Source of the DNA: Eledone cirrhosa
Taxonomy: Eukaryota
Assembly (NCBI GenBank): GCA_964016885.1
Contig: CAXHJY010000096.1
Span: forward strand, 2,046,001-2,110,000
Direction: 5' to 3'
Length of the DNA: 64,000 nucleotides
The notes under the pieces were generated by a model, which had not been told where the DNA came from, made no database searches, and worked only from the letters and a program-made list of their open reading frames with translations. Each line of letters begins with the position of its first letter. The stretch's first letter is position 1. The translations under genes and the position numbers were made by a program. Positions 13,141 to 28,100 of this stretch are shown piece by piece.

Positions 13141-16100
13141 GGAGATAATTTGTAAAAAAAATCATGGAGAGATAATTTCCAGCCGTCCAAGGGGAGATAA
13201 TTTCCAGCCTTCCAAGGAGACATATTTTCCAGCCGTCCAAGGCGAGGTAATTTCTAGCCGTCCAAGGGGAGATAAATTCCAGCCTCCAAGGGGAGATAAT
13301 TTCCAGCCAGCCAAGTGGAGATAATTTGTAAAAAAATCAGGGGGAGATAATTTGTAAAAAATATCAGGGAGATAATTTGTAAAAAAAAATCAGGGGGAGA
13401 TAATTTGTAAAAAAAATCAGGGGGAGATAATTTGTAAAAAAAAATCAGGGGGAGATAATTTGTAACAAAAATCAAGGGGAGATAATTTCCAGCCGTCCAA
13501 GGGGAGATAATTTTCAGCCGTCCAAGGGGAGATAATTTCCCGCCAGCCAAGGGAAGATAATATTTAAAAAAATCAGGCGGAGATAATTTGTAAAAAAAAT
13601 CAGGGGGAGATAATTTGTAAAAAAATCAGGGGGAGATAATTTGTAAAAAAAAAATCAGGGGGAGATAATTTGTAAAAAAAATCAGGGGGAGATAATTTGT
13701 AAAAAAAAATCAGGGGTAGATAATTTGTAAACAAAAATCAGGGGGAGATAATTTGTAAAAAAAAATCAGGGGGAGATAATTTGTAAAAAAAATGAAAGGG
13801 GAGATAATATCCAGCCGTCCAAGGGGAGATAATTTCCAGCCGTCCAAGGAGACATATTTTCCAGCCGTCCAAGGAGAGGTAATTCCTAGCCGTCCAAGGG
13901 GAGATAAATTCCAGCCTCCAAGGGGAGATAATTTGTAAAAAAAATCAGGGGGAGATAATTTGTAAAAAAAATCAGGGGGAGATAATTTGTAAAAAAAATC
14001 AGGGGGAGATAATTTGTAAAAAAAAATCAGGGGTAGATAATTTGTAAAAAATAATCAGGGGGAGATAATTTGTAAAAAAAATCAAGGGGAGATAATTTCC
14101 AGCCGTCCAAGGGGAGATAATTTTCAGCCGTCCAAGGGGAGATAATTTCCCGCCAGCCAAGGGAAGATAATATTTGAAAAAATCAGGCGGAGATAATTTG
14201 TAAAAAAAATCAGGGGGAGATAATTTGTAAAAAAATCAGGGGGAGATAATTTGTAAAAAAAAAATCATGGGGAGATAATTTGTAAAAAAAATCAGGGGGA
14301 GATAATTTGTAAAAAAAAATCAGGGGTAGATAAATTGTAAAAAAAAATCAGGGGGAGATAATTTGTAAAAAAAATCAGGGGGAGATAATTTGTAAAAAAA
14401 ATGAAAGGGGAGATAATATCCAGCCGTCCAAGGGGAGATAATTTCCAGCCGTCCAAGGGGAGATAATTTCCAGCCGTCCAAGGGGAGATAATTTCCATCC
14501 TTCCAAGGGGATATAATTTCCAGCCGTCCAAGGGGAGATAATTTCCCGCCAGCCAAGGGAATATAATTTTTAAAAAAATCAGGCGGAGATTGTAAAAAAA
14601 ATCAGGGGGGAGATAATTTGTAAAAAAATCAGGGGGAGATAATTTGTAAAAAAAAATCAGGGGGAGATAATTTGTAAAAAATAATCAGGGGGAGATAATT
14701 TGTAAAAAAAAATCAAGGGGAGATAATTTCCAGCCGTCCAAGGGGAGGTAATATCTAGCCGTCCAAGGGGAGATAATTTCCAGCCGTCCAACGGGAGATA
14801 ATTTCCAGCCGTCCATGGGTAGATAATATCCAGCCGCCCAAGGACATATTTTCCAGCCGTCCAAGGAGAGGTAATTTCTAGCCGTCCAAGGGGAGATAAT
14901 TACAGCCGTCCAAGGGTAGATAATATCCAGCCGTCCAAGGACATATTTTCCAGCCGTCCAAGGAGAGGTAATTTCTAGCCGTCCAAGGGGAGATAAATTC
15001 CAGCCTCCAAGGGGAGATAATTTCCAGCCAGCCAAGGGGAGATAATTTGTAAAAAAATCAGGGGGAGATAATTTGTAAAAAAAATCAGGGGGAGATAATT
15101 TGTAAAAAAAAATCAGGGGGAGATAATTTGTAAAAAAAAATCAGGGGGAGATAATTTGCAAAAAAAATCAGGGGGAGATAATTTGTAAAAAAAAATCAGG
15201 GGTAGATAATTTGTAAAAAAAAATCAGGGGGAGATAATTTGTAAAAAAAAATCAGGGGGAGATAATTTGTAAAAAAAATCAAGGGGAGATAATTTCCAGC
15301 CGTCCAAGGGAAGATAATTTCCAGCCCTCCAAGGGGCTATAATTTCCAGCGTCCAAGGGGAGATAATTTCCAGCCAGCGAAGGGGAGATAATTTTTTTTA
15401 AAAAATCATTGGGAGATTTGTAAAAAAAATCAGGGGGAGATAATTTGTAAAAAAAATCAAGGGGAGATAATTTCCAGCCGTCCAAGGGGAGGTAATATCT
15501 AGCCGTCCAAGGGGAGATAATTTCCAGCCGTCCAACGGGAGATAATTTCCAGCCGTCCATGGGTAGATAATATCCAGCCGCCCAAGGACATATTTTCCAG
15601 CCGTCCAAGGAGAGGTAATTTCTAGCCGTCCAAGGGGAGATAATTTCCAGCCGTCCAAGGGTAGATAATATCCAGCCGTCCAAGGACATATTTTCCAGCC
15701 GTCCAAGGAGAGGTAATTTCTAGCCGTCCAAGGGGAGATAAATTCCAGCCTCCAAGGGGAGATAATTTCCAGCCAGCCAAGGGGAGATAATTTGTAAAAA
15801 AATCAGGGGGAGATAATTTGTAAAAAAAATCAGGGGGAGATAATTTGTAAAAAAAAATCAGGGGGAGATAATTTGTAAAAAAAAATCAGGGGGAGATAAT
15901 TTGCAAAAAAAATCAGGGGGAGATAATTTGTAAAAAAAAATCAGGGGTAGATAATTTGTAAAAAAAAATCAGGGGGAGATAATTTGTAAAAAAAAATCAG
16001 GGGGAGATAATTTGTAAAAAAAATCAAGGGGAGATAATTTCCAGCCGTCCAAGGAGAGATAATTTTAAAAAAAATCAGGCGGAGATAATTTGTAAAAAAA

Positions 16101-19100
16101 AATCAGGGGGAGATAATTTGTAAAAAAAATCAGGGGGAGATAATTTGTAAAAAAAAATCAGGGGTAGATAATTTGTAAAAAAAAATCAGGGGGAGATAAT
16201 TTGTAAAAAAAAATCAGGGGGAGATAATTTGTAAAAAAAATCAAGGGGAGATAATTTCCAGCCGTCCAAGGAGAGATAATTTAAAAAAAAATCAGGGGGA
16301 GATAATTTGTAAAAAAAATCAAGGGGAGATAATTTCCAGCCGTCCAAGGGGAGATAATTTTCAGCCGTCCAAGGGGAGATAATTTCCCGCCAGCCAAGGG
16401 AAGATAATATTCAAAAAAATCAGGCGGAGATAATTTGTAAAAAAAATCAGGGGGAGATAATTTGTAAAAAAAATCAGGGGGAGATAATTTGTAAAAAAAA
16501 AAATCAGGGGGAGATAATTTGTAAAAAAAATCAGGGGGAGATAATTTGTAAAAAAAAAATCAGGGGTAGATAATTTGTAAAAAAAAATCAGGGGGAGATA
16601 ATTTGTAAAAAAAAATCAGGGGGAGATAATTTGTAAAAAAAATGAAAGGGGAGATAATATCCAGCCGTCCAAGGGGAGATAATTTCCAGCCGTCCAAGGG
16701 GAGATAATTTCCAGCCGTCCAAGGGGAGATAATTTCCATCCTTCCAAGGGGATATAATTTCCAGCCGTCCAAGGGGAGATAATTTCCATCCTTCCAAGGG
16801 GATATAATTTCCAGCCGTCCAAGGGGAGATAATTTTCAGCCGTCCAAGGAGAGGTAATTTCTAGCCGTCCAAGGAGAGATAATTTCCAGCCGTCCAAGGG
16901 GAGATAATTTCCAGCCGTCCAAGGGGAGATAATTTCCAGCCGTCCAAGGAGACATATTTTCCAGCCGTCCAAGGAGAGGTAATTCCTAGCCGTCCAAGGG
17001 GAGATAAATTCCAGCCTCCAAGGGGAGATAATTTCCAGCCAGCCAAGGGGAGATAATTTGTAAAAAAAATCAGGGGGAGATAATTTGTAAAAAAAATCAG
17101 GGGGAGATAATTTGTAAAGAAATCAGGGGGAGATAATTTGTAAAAAAAATCAGGGGGAGATAATTTGTAAAAAAAATCAGGGGGAGATAATTTGTAAAAA
17201 AAAATCAGGGGGAGATAATTTGTAAAAAAAATCAAGGGGAGATAATTTCCAGCCGTCCAAGGGAAGATAATTTCCAGCCCTCCAAGGGGCTATAATTTCC
17301 AGCGTCCAAGGGGAGATAATTTCCAGCCAGCGAAGGGGAGATAATTTTTTTAAAAAAATCATTGGGAGATTTGTAAAAAAATCAGGGGGAGATAATTTGT
17401 AAAAAAAATCAAGGGGAGATAATTACCAGCCGTCCAAGGGGAGGTAATATCTAGCCGTCCAAGGGGTGATAATTTCCAGCCGTCCAAGGGGAGATAATTT
17501 CCAGCCGTCCAAGGGTAGATAATATCCAGCCGTCCAAGGACATATTTTCCAGCCGTCCAAGGAGAGGTAATTTCTAGCCGTCCAAGGGGAGATAAATTCC
17601 AGCCTCCAAGGTGAGATAATTTCCAGCCAGCCAAGGGGAGATAATTTGTAAAAAAAAATCAGGGGGAGATAATTTGTAAAAAAAATCAAGGGGAGATAAT
17701 TTCCAGCCGTCCAAGGGGAGATAATTTTCAGCCGTCCAAGGGGAGATAATTTCCCGCCAGCCAAGGGAAGATAATATTTAAAAAAATCAGGCGGAGATAA
17801 TTTGTAAAAAAAATCAGGGGGAGATAATTTGTAAAAAAATCAGGGGGAGATAATTTGTAAAAAAAAAATCAGGGGGAGATAATTTGTAAAAAAAATCAGG
17901 GGGAGATAATTTGTAAAAAAAAATCAGGGGTAGATGAATTGTAAAAAAAAATCAGGGGGAGATAATTTGTAAAAAAAATCAGGGGGAGATAATTTGTAAA
18001 AAAAATGAAAGGGGAGATAATATCCAGCCGTCCAAGGGGAGATAATTTCCAGCCGTCCAAGGGGAGATAATTTCCAGCCGTCCAAGGGGAGATAATTTCC
18101 ATCCTTCCAAGGGGATATAATTTCCAGCCGTCCAAGGGGAGATAATTTCCCGCCAGCCAAGGGAAGATAATATTTAAAAAAATTAGGCGGAGATAATTTG
18201 TAAAAAAAATCAGGGGGAGATAATTTGTAAAAAATCAGGGGGAGATAATTTGTAAAAAAAATCAGGGGGAGATAATTTGTAAAAAAAATCATGGGGAGAT
18301 AATTTGTAAAAAAAAATCAGGGGTAGATAATTTGTAAAAAAAAATAAGGGGGAGATAATTTGTAAAAAAAAATCAGGGGGAGATAATTTGTAAAAAAAAT
18401 CAAGGGGAGATAATTTCCAGCCGTCCAAGGGGAGATAATTTTCAGCCGTCCAAGGAGAGGTAATTTCTAGCCGTCCAAGGGGAGATAATTTCCAGCCGTC
18501 CAAGGGGAGGTAATTTCCAGCCGTCCAAGGGGAGATAATTTTAAAAAAAAAATCAGGCGGAGATAATTTGTAAAAAAAATCAAGGGGAGATAATTTGCAG
18601 CCGTCCAAGGGGAGATAATTTTCAGTCGTCCAAGGAGAGGTAATTTCTAGCCGTCCAAGGGGAGATAATTGCCAGCCGTCCAAGGGGAGATAATTTCCAG
18701 CCGTCCAAGGGGAGATAATTTTTTTTAAAAAATCAGGCGGAGATAATTTGTAAAAAAAATCAGGGGGAGATAATTTGTAAACAAAATCAGGGGGAGATAA
18801 TTTGTAAAAAAAAATCAGGGGTAGATAATTTGTAAAAAAAAATCAGGGGGAGATAATTTGTAAAAAAAAATCAGGGGGAGATAATTTGTAAAAAAAATCA
18901 AGGGGAGATAATTTCCAGCCGTCCAAGGGGAGATAATTTTCTGCCGTCCAAGGAGAGGTAATTTCTAGCCGTCCAAGGGGAGATAATTTCCAGCCGTCCA
19001 AGGGGAGGTAATTTCCAGCCGTCCAAGGGGAGATAATTTTTAAAAAAAAATCAGGCGGAGATAATTTGTAAAAAAAATCAAGGGGAGATAATTTGCAGCC

Positions 19101-22100
19101 GTCCAAGGGGAGATAATTTTCAGTCGTCCAAGGAGAGGTAATTTCTAGCCGTCCAAGGGGAGATAATTGCCAGCCGTCCAAGGGGAGATAATTTCCAGCC
19201 GTCCAAGGGGAGATAATTTTTTTTAAAAAATCAGGCGGAGATAATTTGTAAAAAAAATCAGGGGGAGATAATTTGTAAACAAAATCAGGGGGAGATAATT
19301 TGTAAAAAAAAATCAGGGGGAGATAATTTGTAAAAAAAATCATGGAGAGATAATTTCCAGCCGTCCAAGGGGAGATAATTTCCAGCCTTCCAAGGAGACA
19401 TATTTTCCAGCCGTCCAAGGCGAGGTAATTTCTAGCCGTCCAAGGGGAGATAAATTCCAGCCTCCAAGGGGAGATAATTTCCAGCCAGCCAAGTGGAGAT
19501 AATTTGTAAAAAAATCAGGGGGAGATAATTTGTAAAAAATATCAGGGAGATAATTTGTAAAAAAAAATCAGGGGGAGATAATTTGTAAAAAAAATCAGGG
19601 GGAGATAATTTGTAAAAAAAAATCAGGGGGAGATAATTTGTAAAAAAAATCAAGGGGAGATAATTTCCAGCCGTCCAAGGGGAGATAATTTTCAGCCGTC
19701 CAAGGGGAGATAATTTCCCGCCAGCCAAGGGAAGATAATATTTAAAAAAATCAGGCGGAGATAATTTGTAAAAAAAATCAGGGGGAGATAATTTGTAAAA
19801 AAATCAGGGGGAGATAATTTGTAAAAAAAAAATCAGGGGGAGATAATTTGTAAAAAAAATCAGGGGGAGATAATTTGTAAAAAAAAATCAGGGGTAGATA
19901 ATTTGTAAACAAAAATCAGGGGGAGATAATTTGTAAAAAAAAATCAGGGGGAGATAATTTGTAAAAAAAATGAAAGGGGAGATAATATCCAGCCGTCCAA
20001 GGGGAGATAATTTCCAGCCGTCCAAGGAGACATATTTTCCAGCCGTCCAAGGAGAGGTAATTCCTAGCCGTCCAAGGGGAGATAAATTCCAGCCTCCAAG
20101 GGGAGATAATTTGTAAAAAAAATCAGGGGGAGATAATTTGTAAAAAAAATCAGGGGGAGATAATTTGTAAAAAAAATCAGGGGGAGATAATTTGTAAAAA
20201 AAAATCAGGGGTAGATAATTTGTAAAAAATAATCAGGGGGAGATAATTTGTAAAAAAAATCAAGGGGAGATAATTTCCAGCCGTCCAAGGGGAGATAATT
20301 TTCAGCCGTCCAAGGGGAGATAATTTCCCGCCAGCCAAGGGAAGATAATATTTAAAAAAATTAGGCGGAGATAATTTGTAAAAAAAATCAGGGGTAGATA
20401 ATTTGTAAAAAAATCAGGGGGAGATAATTTGTAAAAAAAATCAGGGGGAGATAATTTGTAAAAAAAATCAGGGGGAGATAATTTGTAAAAAAAAATCAGG
20501 GGGAGATAATTTGTAAAAAAAATCAAGGGGAGATAATTTCCAGCCGTCCAAGGGAAGATAATTTCCAGCCCTCCAAGGGGCTATAATTTCCAGCGTCCAA
20601 GGGGAGATAATTTCCAGCCAGCGAAGGGGAGATAATTTTTTTTAAAAAATCATTGGGAGATTTGTAAAAAAAATCAGGGGGAGATAATTTGTAAAAAAAA
20701 TCAAGGGGAGATAATTTCCAGCCGTCCAAGGGGAGGTAATATCTAGCCGTCCAAGGGGAGATAATTTCCAGCCGTCCAAGGGGAGATAATTTCCAGCCGT
20801 CCAAGGGTAGATAATATCCAGCCGTCCAAGGACATATTTTCCAGCCGTCCAAGGAGAGGTAATTTCTAGCCGTCCAAGGGGAGATAAATTCCAGCCTCCA
20901 AGGTGAGATAATTTCCAGCCAGCCAAGGGGAGATAATTTGTAAAAAAATCAGGGGGAGATAATTTGTAAAAAAAATCAGGGGGAGATAATTTGTAAAAAA
21001 AAATCAGGGGGAGATAATTTGTAAAAAAAAATCAGGGGGAGATAATTTGTAAAAAAAAATCAGGGGGAGATAATTTGTAAAAAAATCAAGGGGAGATAAT
21101 TTCCAGCCGTCCAAGGGGAGATAATTTTCAGCCGTCCAAGGGGAGATAATTTCCCGCCAGCCAAGGGAAGATAATATTTGAAAAAATCAGGCGGAGATAA
21201 TTTGTAAAAAAAATCAGGGGGAGATAATTTGTAAAAAAATCAGGGGGAGATAATTTGTAAAAAAAAAATCATGGGGAGATAATTTGTAAAAAAAATCAGG
21301 GGGAGATAATTTGTAAAAAAAAATCAGGGGTAGATAAATTGTAAAAAAAAATCAGGGGGAGATAATTTGTAAAAAAAATCAGGGGGAGATAATTTGTAAA
21401 AAAAATGAAAGGGGAGATAATATCCAGCCGTCCAAGGGGAGATAATTTCCAGCCGTCCAAGGGGAGATAATTTCCAGCCGTCCAAGGGGAGATAATTTCC
21501 ATCCTTCCAAGGGGATATAATTTCCAGCCGTCCAAGGGGAGATAATTTCCCGCCAGCCAAGGGAAGATAATTTTTAAAAAAATCAGGCGGAGATTGTAAA
21601 AAAAATCAGGGGGGAGATAATTTGTAAAAAAATCAGGGGGAGATAATTTGTAAAAAAAAATCAGGGGGAGATAATTTGTAAAAAATAATCAGGGGGAGAT
21701 AATTTGTAAAAAAAAATCAAGGGGAGATAATTTCCAGCCGTCCAAGGGGAGGTAATATCTAGCCGTCCAAGGGGAGATAATTTCCAGCCGTCCAACGGGA
21801 GATAATTTCCAGCCGTCCATGGGTAGATAATATCCAGCCGCCCAAGGACATATTTTCCAGCCGTCCAAGGAGAGGTAATTTCTAGCCGTCCAAGGGGAGA
21901 TAATTACAGCCGTCCAAGGGTAGATAATATCCAGCCGTCCAAGGACATATTTTCCAGCCGTCCAAGGAGAGGTAATTTCTAGCCGTCCAAGGGGAGATAA
22001 ATTCCAGCCTCCAAGGGGAGATAATTTCCAGCCAGCCAAGGGGAGATAATTTGTAAAAAAATCAGGGGGAGATAATTTGTAAAAAAAATCAGGGGGAGAT

Positions 22101-25100
22101 AATTTGTAAAAAAAAATCAGGGGGAGATAATTTGTAAAAAAAAATCAGGGGGAGATAATTTGCAAAAAAAATCAGGGGGAGATAATTTGTAAAAAAAAAT
22201 CAGGGGTAGATAATTTGTAAAAAAAAATCAGGGGGAGATAATTTGTAAAAAAAAATCAGGGGGAGATAATTTGTAAAAAAAATCAAGGGGAGATAATTTC
22301 CAGCCGTCCAAGGGAAGATAATTTCCAGCCCTCCAAGGGGCTATAATTTCCAGCGTCCAAGGGGAGATAATTTCCAGCCAGCGAAGGGGAGATAATTTTT
22401 TTTAAAAAATCATTGGGAGATTTGTAAAAAAAATCAGGGGGAGATAATTTGTAAAAAAAATCAAGGGGAGATAATTTCCAGCCGTCCAAGGGGAGGTAAT
22501 ATCTAGCCGTCCAAGGGGAGATAATTTCCAGCCGTCCAACGGGAGATAATTTCCAGCCGTCCATGGGTAGATAATATCCAGCCGCCCAAGGACATATTTT
22601 CCAGCCGTCCAAGGAGAGGTAATTTCTAGCCGTCCAAGGGGAGATAATTTCCAGCCGTCCAAGGGTAGATAATATCCAGCCGTCCAAGGACATATTTTCC
22701 AGCCGTCCAAGGAGAGGTAATTTCTAGCCGTCCAAGGGGAGATAAATTCCAGCCTCCAAGGGGAGATAATTTCCAGCCAGCCAAGGGGAGATAATTTGTA
22801 AAAAAATCAGGGGGAGATAATTTGTAAAAAAAATCAGGGGGAGATAATTTGTAAAAAAAAATCAGGGGGAGATAATTTGTAAAAAAAAATCAGGGGGAGA
22901 TAATTTGCAAAAAAAATCAGGGGGAGATAATTTGTATAAAAAAATCAGGGGTAGATAATTTGTAAAAAAAAATCAGGGGGAGATAATTTGTAAAAAAAAA
23001 TCAGGGGGAGATAATTTGTAAAAAAAATCAAGGGGAGATAATTTCCAGCCGTCCAAGGAGAGATAATTTAAAAAAAAAATCAGGCGGAGATAATTTGTAA
23101 AAAAAAATCAGGGGGAGATAATTTGTAAAAAAAATCAGGGGGAGATAATTTGTAAAAAAAAATCAGGGGTAGATAATTTGTAAAAAAAAATCAGGGGGAG
23201 ATAATTTGTAAAAAAAATCAAGGGGAGATAATTTCCAGCCGTCCAAGGAGAGATAATTTAAAAAAAAATCAGGGGGAGATAATTTGTAAAAAAAATCAAG
23301 GGGAGATAATTTCCAGCCGTCCAAGGGGAGATAATTTTCAGCCGTCCAAGGGGAGATAATTTCCCGCCAGCCAAGGGAAGATAATATTCAAAAAAATCAG
23401 GCGGAGATAATTTGTAAAAAAAATCAGGGGGAGATAATTTGTAAAAAAATCAGGGGGAGATAATTTGTAAAAAAAAAAATCAGGGGGAGATAATTTGTAA
23501 AAAAAATCAGGGGGAGATAATTTGTAAAAAAAAATCAGGGGTAGATAATTTGTAAAAAAAAATCAGGGGGAGATAATTTGTAAAAAAAAATCAGGGGGAG
23601 ATAATTTGTAAAAAAAATGAAAGGGGAGATAATATCCAGCCGTCCAAGGGGAGATAATTTCCAGCCGTCCAAGGGGAGATAATTTCCAGCCGTCCAAGGG
23701 GAGATAATTTCCATCCTTCCAAGGGGATATAATTTCCAGCCGTCCAAGGGGAGATAATTTCCATCCTTCCAAGGGGATATAATTTCCAGCCGTCCAAGGG
23801 GAGATAATTTTCAGCCGTCCAAGGAGAGGTAATTTCTAGCCGTCCAAGGAGAGATAATTTCCAGCCGTCCAAGGGGAGATAATTTCCAGCCGTCCAAGGG
23901 GAGATAATTTCCAGCCGTCCAAGGAGACATATTTTCCAGCCGTCCAAGGAGAGGTAATTCCTAGCCGTCCAAGGGGAGATAAATTCCAGCCTCCAAGGGG
24001 AGATAATTTCCAGCCAGCCAAGGGGAGATAATTTGTAAAAAAAATCAGGGGGAGATAATTTGTAAAAAAAATCAGGGGGAGATAATTTGTAAAGAAATCA
24101 GGGGGAGATAATTTGTAAAAAAAAATCAGGGGGAGATAATTTGTAAAAAAAATCAGGGGGAGATAATTTGTAAAAAAAAATCAGGGGGAGATAATTTGTA
24201 AAAAAAATCAAGGGGAGATAATTTCCAGCCGTCCAAGGGAAGATAATTTCCAGCCCTCCAAGGGGCTATAATTTCCAGCGTCCAAGGGGAGATAATTTCC
24301 AGCCAGCGAAGGGGAGATAATTTTTTTAAAAAAATCATTGGGAGATTTGTAAAAAAATCAGGGGGAGATAATTTGTAAAAAAAATCAAGGGGAGATAATT
24401 ACCAGCCGTCCAAGGGGAGGTAATATCTAGCCGTCCAAGGGGTGATAATTTCCAGCCGTCCAAGGGGAGATAATTTCCAGCCGTCCAATGGTAGATAATA
24501 TCCAGCCGTCCAAGGACATATTTTCCAGCCGTCCAAGGAGAGGTAATTTCTAGCCGTCCAAGGGGAGATAAATTCCAGCCTCCAAGGTGAGATAATTTCC
24601 AGCCAGCCAAGGGGAGATAATTTGTAAAAAAAAATCAGGGGGAGATAATTTGTAAAAAAAATCAAGGGGAGATAATTTCCAGCCGTCCAAGGGGAGATAA
24701 TTTTCAGCCGTCCAAGGGGAGATAATTTCCCGCCAGCCAAGGGAAGATAATATTTAAAAAAATCAGGCGGAGATAATTTGTAAAAAAAATCAGGGGGAGA
24801 TAATTTGTAAAAAAATCAGGGGGAGATAATTTGTAAAAAAAAAATCAGGGGGAGATAATTTGTAAAAAAAATCAGGGGGAGATAATTTGTAAAAAAAAAT
24901 CAGGGGTAGATGAATTGTAAAAAAAAATCAGGGGGAGATAATTTGTAAAAAAAATCAGGGGGAGATAATTTGTAAAAAAAATGAAAGGGGAGATAATATC
25001 CAGCCGTCCAAGGGGAGATAATTTCCAGCCGTCCAAGGGGAGATAATTTCCAGCCGTCCAAGGGGAGATAATTTCCATCCTTCCAAGGGGATATAATTTC

Positions 25101-28100
25101 CAGCCGTCCAAGGGGAGATAATTTCCCGCCAGCCAAGATAAGATAATATTTAAAAAAATTAGGCGGAGATAATTTGTAAAAAAAATCAGGGGGAGATAAT
25201 TTGTAAAAAATCAGGGGGAGATAATTTGTAAAAAAAATCAGGGGGAGATAATTTGTAAAAAAAATCATGGGGAGATAATTTGTAAAAAAAAATCAGGGGT
25301 AGATAATTTGTAAAAAAAAATCAGGGGGAGATAATTTGTAAAAAAAAATCAGGGGGAGATAATTTGTAAAAAAAATCAAGGGGAGATAATTTCCAGCCGT
25401 CCAAGGGGAGATAATTTTCAGCCGTCCAAGGAGAGGTAATTTCTAGCCGTCCAAGGGGAGATAATTTCCAGCCGTCCAAGGGGAGGTAATTTCCAGCCGT
25501 CCAAGGGGAGATAATTTTAAAAAAAAAATCAGGCGGAGATAATTTGTAAAAAAAATCAAGGGGAGATAATTTGCAGCCGTCCAAGGGGAGATAATTTTCA
25601 GTCGTCCAAGGAGAGGTAATTTCTAGCCGTCCAAGGGGAGATAATTGCCAGCCGTCCAAGGGGAGATAATTTCCAGCCGTCCAAGGGGAGATAATTTTTT
25701 TTAAAAAATCAGGCGGAGATAATTTGTAAAAAAAATCAGGGGGAGATAATTTGTAAACAAAATCAGGGGGAGATAATTTGTAAAAAAAAATCAGGGGTAG
25801 ATAATTTGTAAAAAAAAATCAGGGGGAGATAATTTGTAAAAAAAAATCAGGGGGAGATAATTTGTAAAAAAAATCAAGGGGAGATAATTTCCAGCCGTCC
25901 AAGGGGAGATAATTTTCAGCCGTCCAAGGAGAGGTAATTTCTAGCCGTCCAAGGGGAGATAATTTCCAGCCGTCCAAGGGGAGGTAATTTCCAGCCGTCC
26001 AAGGGGAGATAATTTTAAAAAAAAATCAGGCGGAGATAATTTGTAAAAAAAATCAAGGGGAGATAATTTGCAGCCGTCCAAGGGGAGATAATTTTCAGTC
26101 GTCCAAGGAGAGGTAATTTCTAGCCGTCCAAGGGGAGATAATTGCCAGCCGTCCAAGGGGAGATAATTTCCAGCCGTCCAAGGGGAGATAATTTTTTTTA
26201 AAAAATCAGGCGGTGATAATTTGTAAAAAAAATCAGGGGGAGATAATTTGTAAACAAAATCAGGGGGAGATAATTTGTAAAAAAAAATCAGGGGGAGATA
26301 ATTTGTAAAAAAAATCATGGAGAGATAATTTCCAGCCGTCCAAGGGGAGATAATTTCCAGCCTTCCAAGGAGACATATTTTCCAGCCGTCCAAGGCGAGG
26401 TAATTTCTAGCCGTCCAAGGGGAGATAAATTCCAGCCTCCAAGGGGAGATAATTTCCAGCCAGCCAAGTGGAGATAATTTGTAAAAAAATCAGGGGGAGA
26501 TAATTTGTAAAAAATATCAGGGAGATAATTTGTAAAAAAAAATCAGGGGGAGATAATTTGTAAAAAAAATCAGGGGGAGATAATTTGTAAAAAAAAATCA
26601 GGGGGAGATAATTTGTAAAAAAAATCAAGGGGAGATAATTTCCAGCCGTCCAAGGGGAGATAATTTTCAGCCGTCCAAGGGGAGATAATTTCCCGCCAGC
26701 CAAGGGAAGATAATATTTAAAAAAATCAGGCGGAGATAATTTGTAAAAAAAATCAGGGGGAGATAATTTGTAAAAAAAAATCAGGGGTAGATAATTTGTA
26801 AACAAAAATCAGGGGGAGATAATTTGTAAAAAAAAATCAGGGGGAGATAATTTGTAAAAAAAATGAAAGGGGAGATAATATCCAGCCGTCCAAGGGGAGA
26901 TAATTTCCAGCCGTCCAAGGGGATATAATTTCCAGCCGTCCAAGGGGAGATAATTTCCATCCTTCCAAGGGGATATAATTTCCAGCCGTCCAAGGGGAGA
27001 TAATTTCCCGCCAGCCAAGGGAAGATAATTTTTAAAAAAATCAGGCGGAGATTGTAAAAAAAATCAGGGGGGAGATAATTTGTAAAAAAATCAGGGGGAG
27101 ATAATTTGTAAAAAATAATCAGGGGGAGATAATTTGTAAAAAAATTCAAGGGGAGATAATTTCCAGCCGTCCAAGGGGAGATAATTTCCCGCCAGCCAAG
27201 GGAAGATAATATTTAAAAAAATCAGGCGGAGATTGTAAAAAAAATCAGGGGGGAGATAATTTGTAAAAAAATCAGGGGGAGATAATTTGTAAAAAAAATC
27301 AGGGGGAGATAATTTGTAAAAAAATCAGGGGGAGATAATTTGTAAAAAAAATCAGGGGGAGATAATTTGTAAAAAAAATCATGGGGAGATAATTTGTAAA
27401 AAGAAATCAGGGGTAGATAATTTGTAAAAAAAAATCAGGGGGAGATAATTTGTAAAAAAAAATCAGGGGGAGATAATTTGTAAAAAAAATCAAGGGGAGA
27501 TAATATCCAGCCGTCCAAGGAGAGATAATTTCAAAAAAAAATGAGGCGGAGATAATTTGTAAAAAAAAAATCAGGGGGAGTTAATTTGTAAAAAAAAATG
27601 AGGGGGAGATAATTTGTAAAAAAAATCAAGGGGAGATAATTTCCAGCCGTCCAAGGGGAGATAATTTTCAGCCGTCCAAGGAGAGGTAATTTCTAGCCGT
27701 CCAAGGGGAGATAATTTCCAGCCGTCCAAGGGGAGGTAATTTCCAGCCGTCCAAGGGGAGATAATTTAAAAAAAAAAATCAGGCGGAGATAATTTGTAAA
27801 AAAAATCAGGGGGAGATAATTTGTAAACAAAATCAGGGGGAGATAATTTGTAAAAAAACATCAGGGGGAGATAATTTGTAAAAAAAATTAGGCGTAGATA
27901 ATTTGTAAAAAAAAATCAGGGGGAGATAATTTGTAAAAAAAAATCAGGGGGAGATAATTTGTTTAAAAAATCAAGGGGAGATAATTTGCAGCCGTCCAAG
28001 GGGAGATAATTTTCAGCCGTCCAAGGAGAGGTAATTTCTAGCCGTTCAAGGGGAGATAATTTCCAGCCGTCCAAGGGGAGATAATTTCCAGCCGTCCAAG

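Larger units (their letters stand above)
6810..26910 (+). repeat. Three-copy higher-order block from a ~7.0-kb and a 6,178-bp tandem duplication (boundaries approximate)
   Basis: Marker offsets: 8115/14292/21296 (6177, 7004), 10382/16560/23535 (6178, 6975), 13254/19432/26407 (6178, 6975). The GACAT marker is at 6851/13851/20029 (7000, 6178). Confidence 0.9.
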
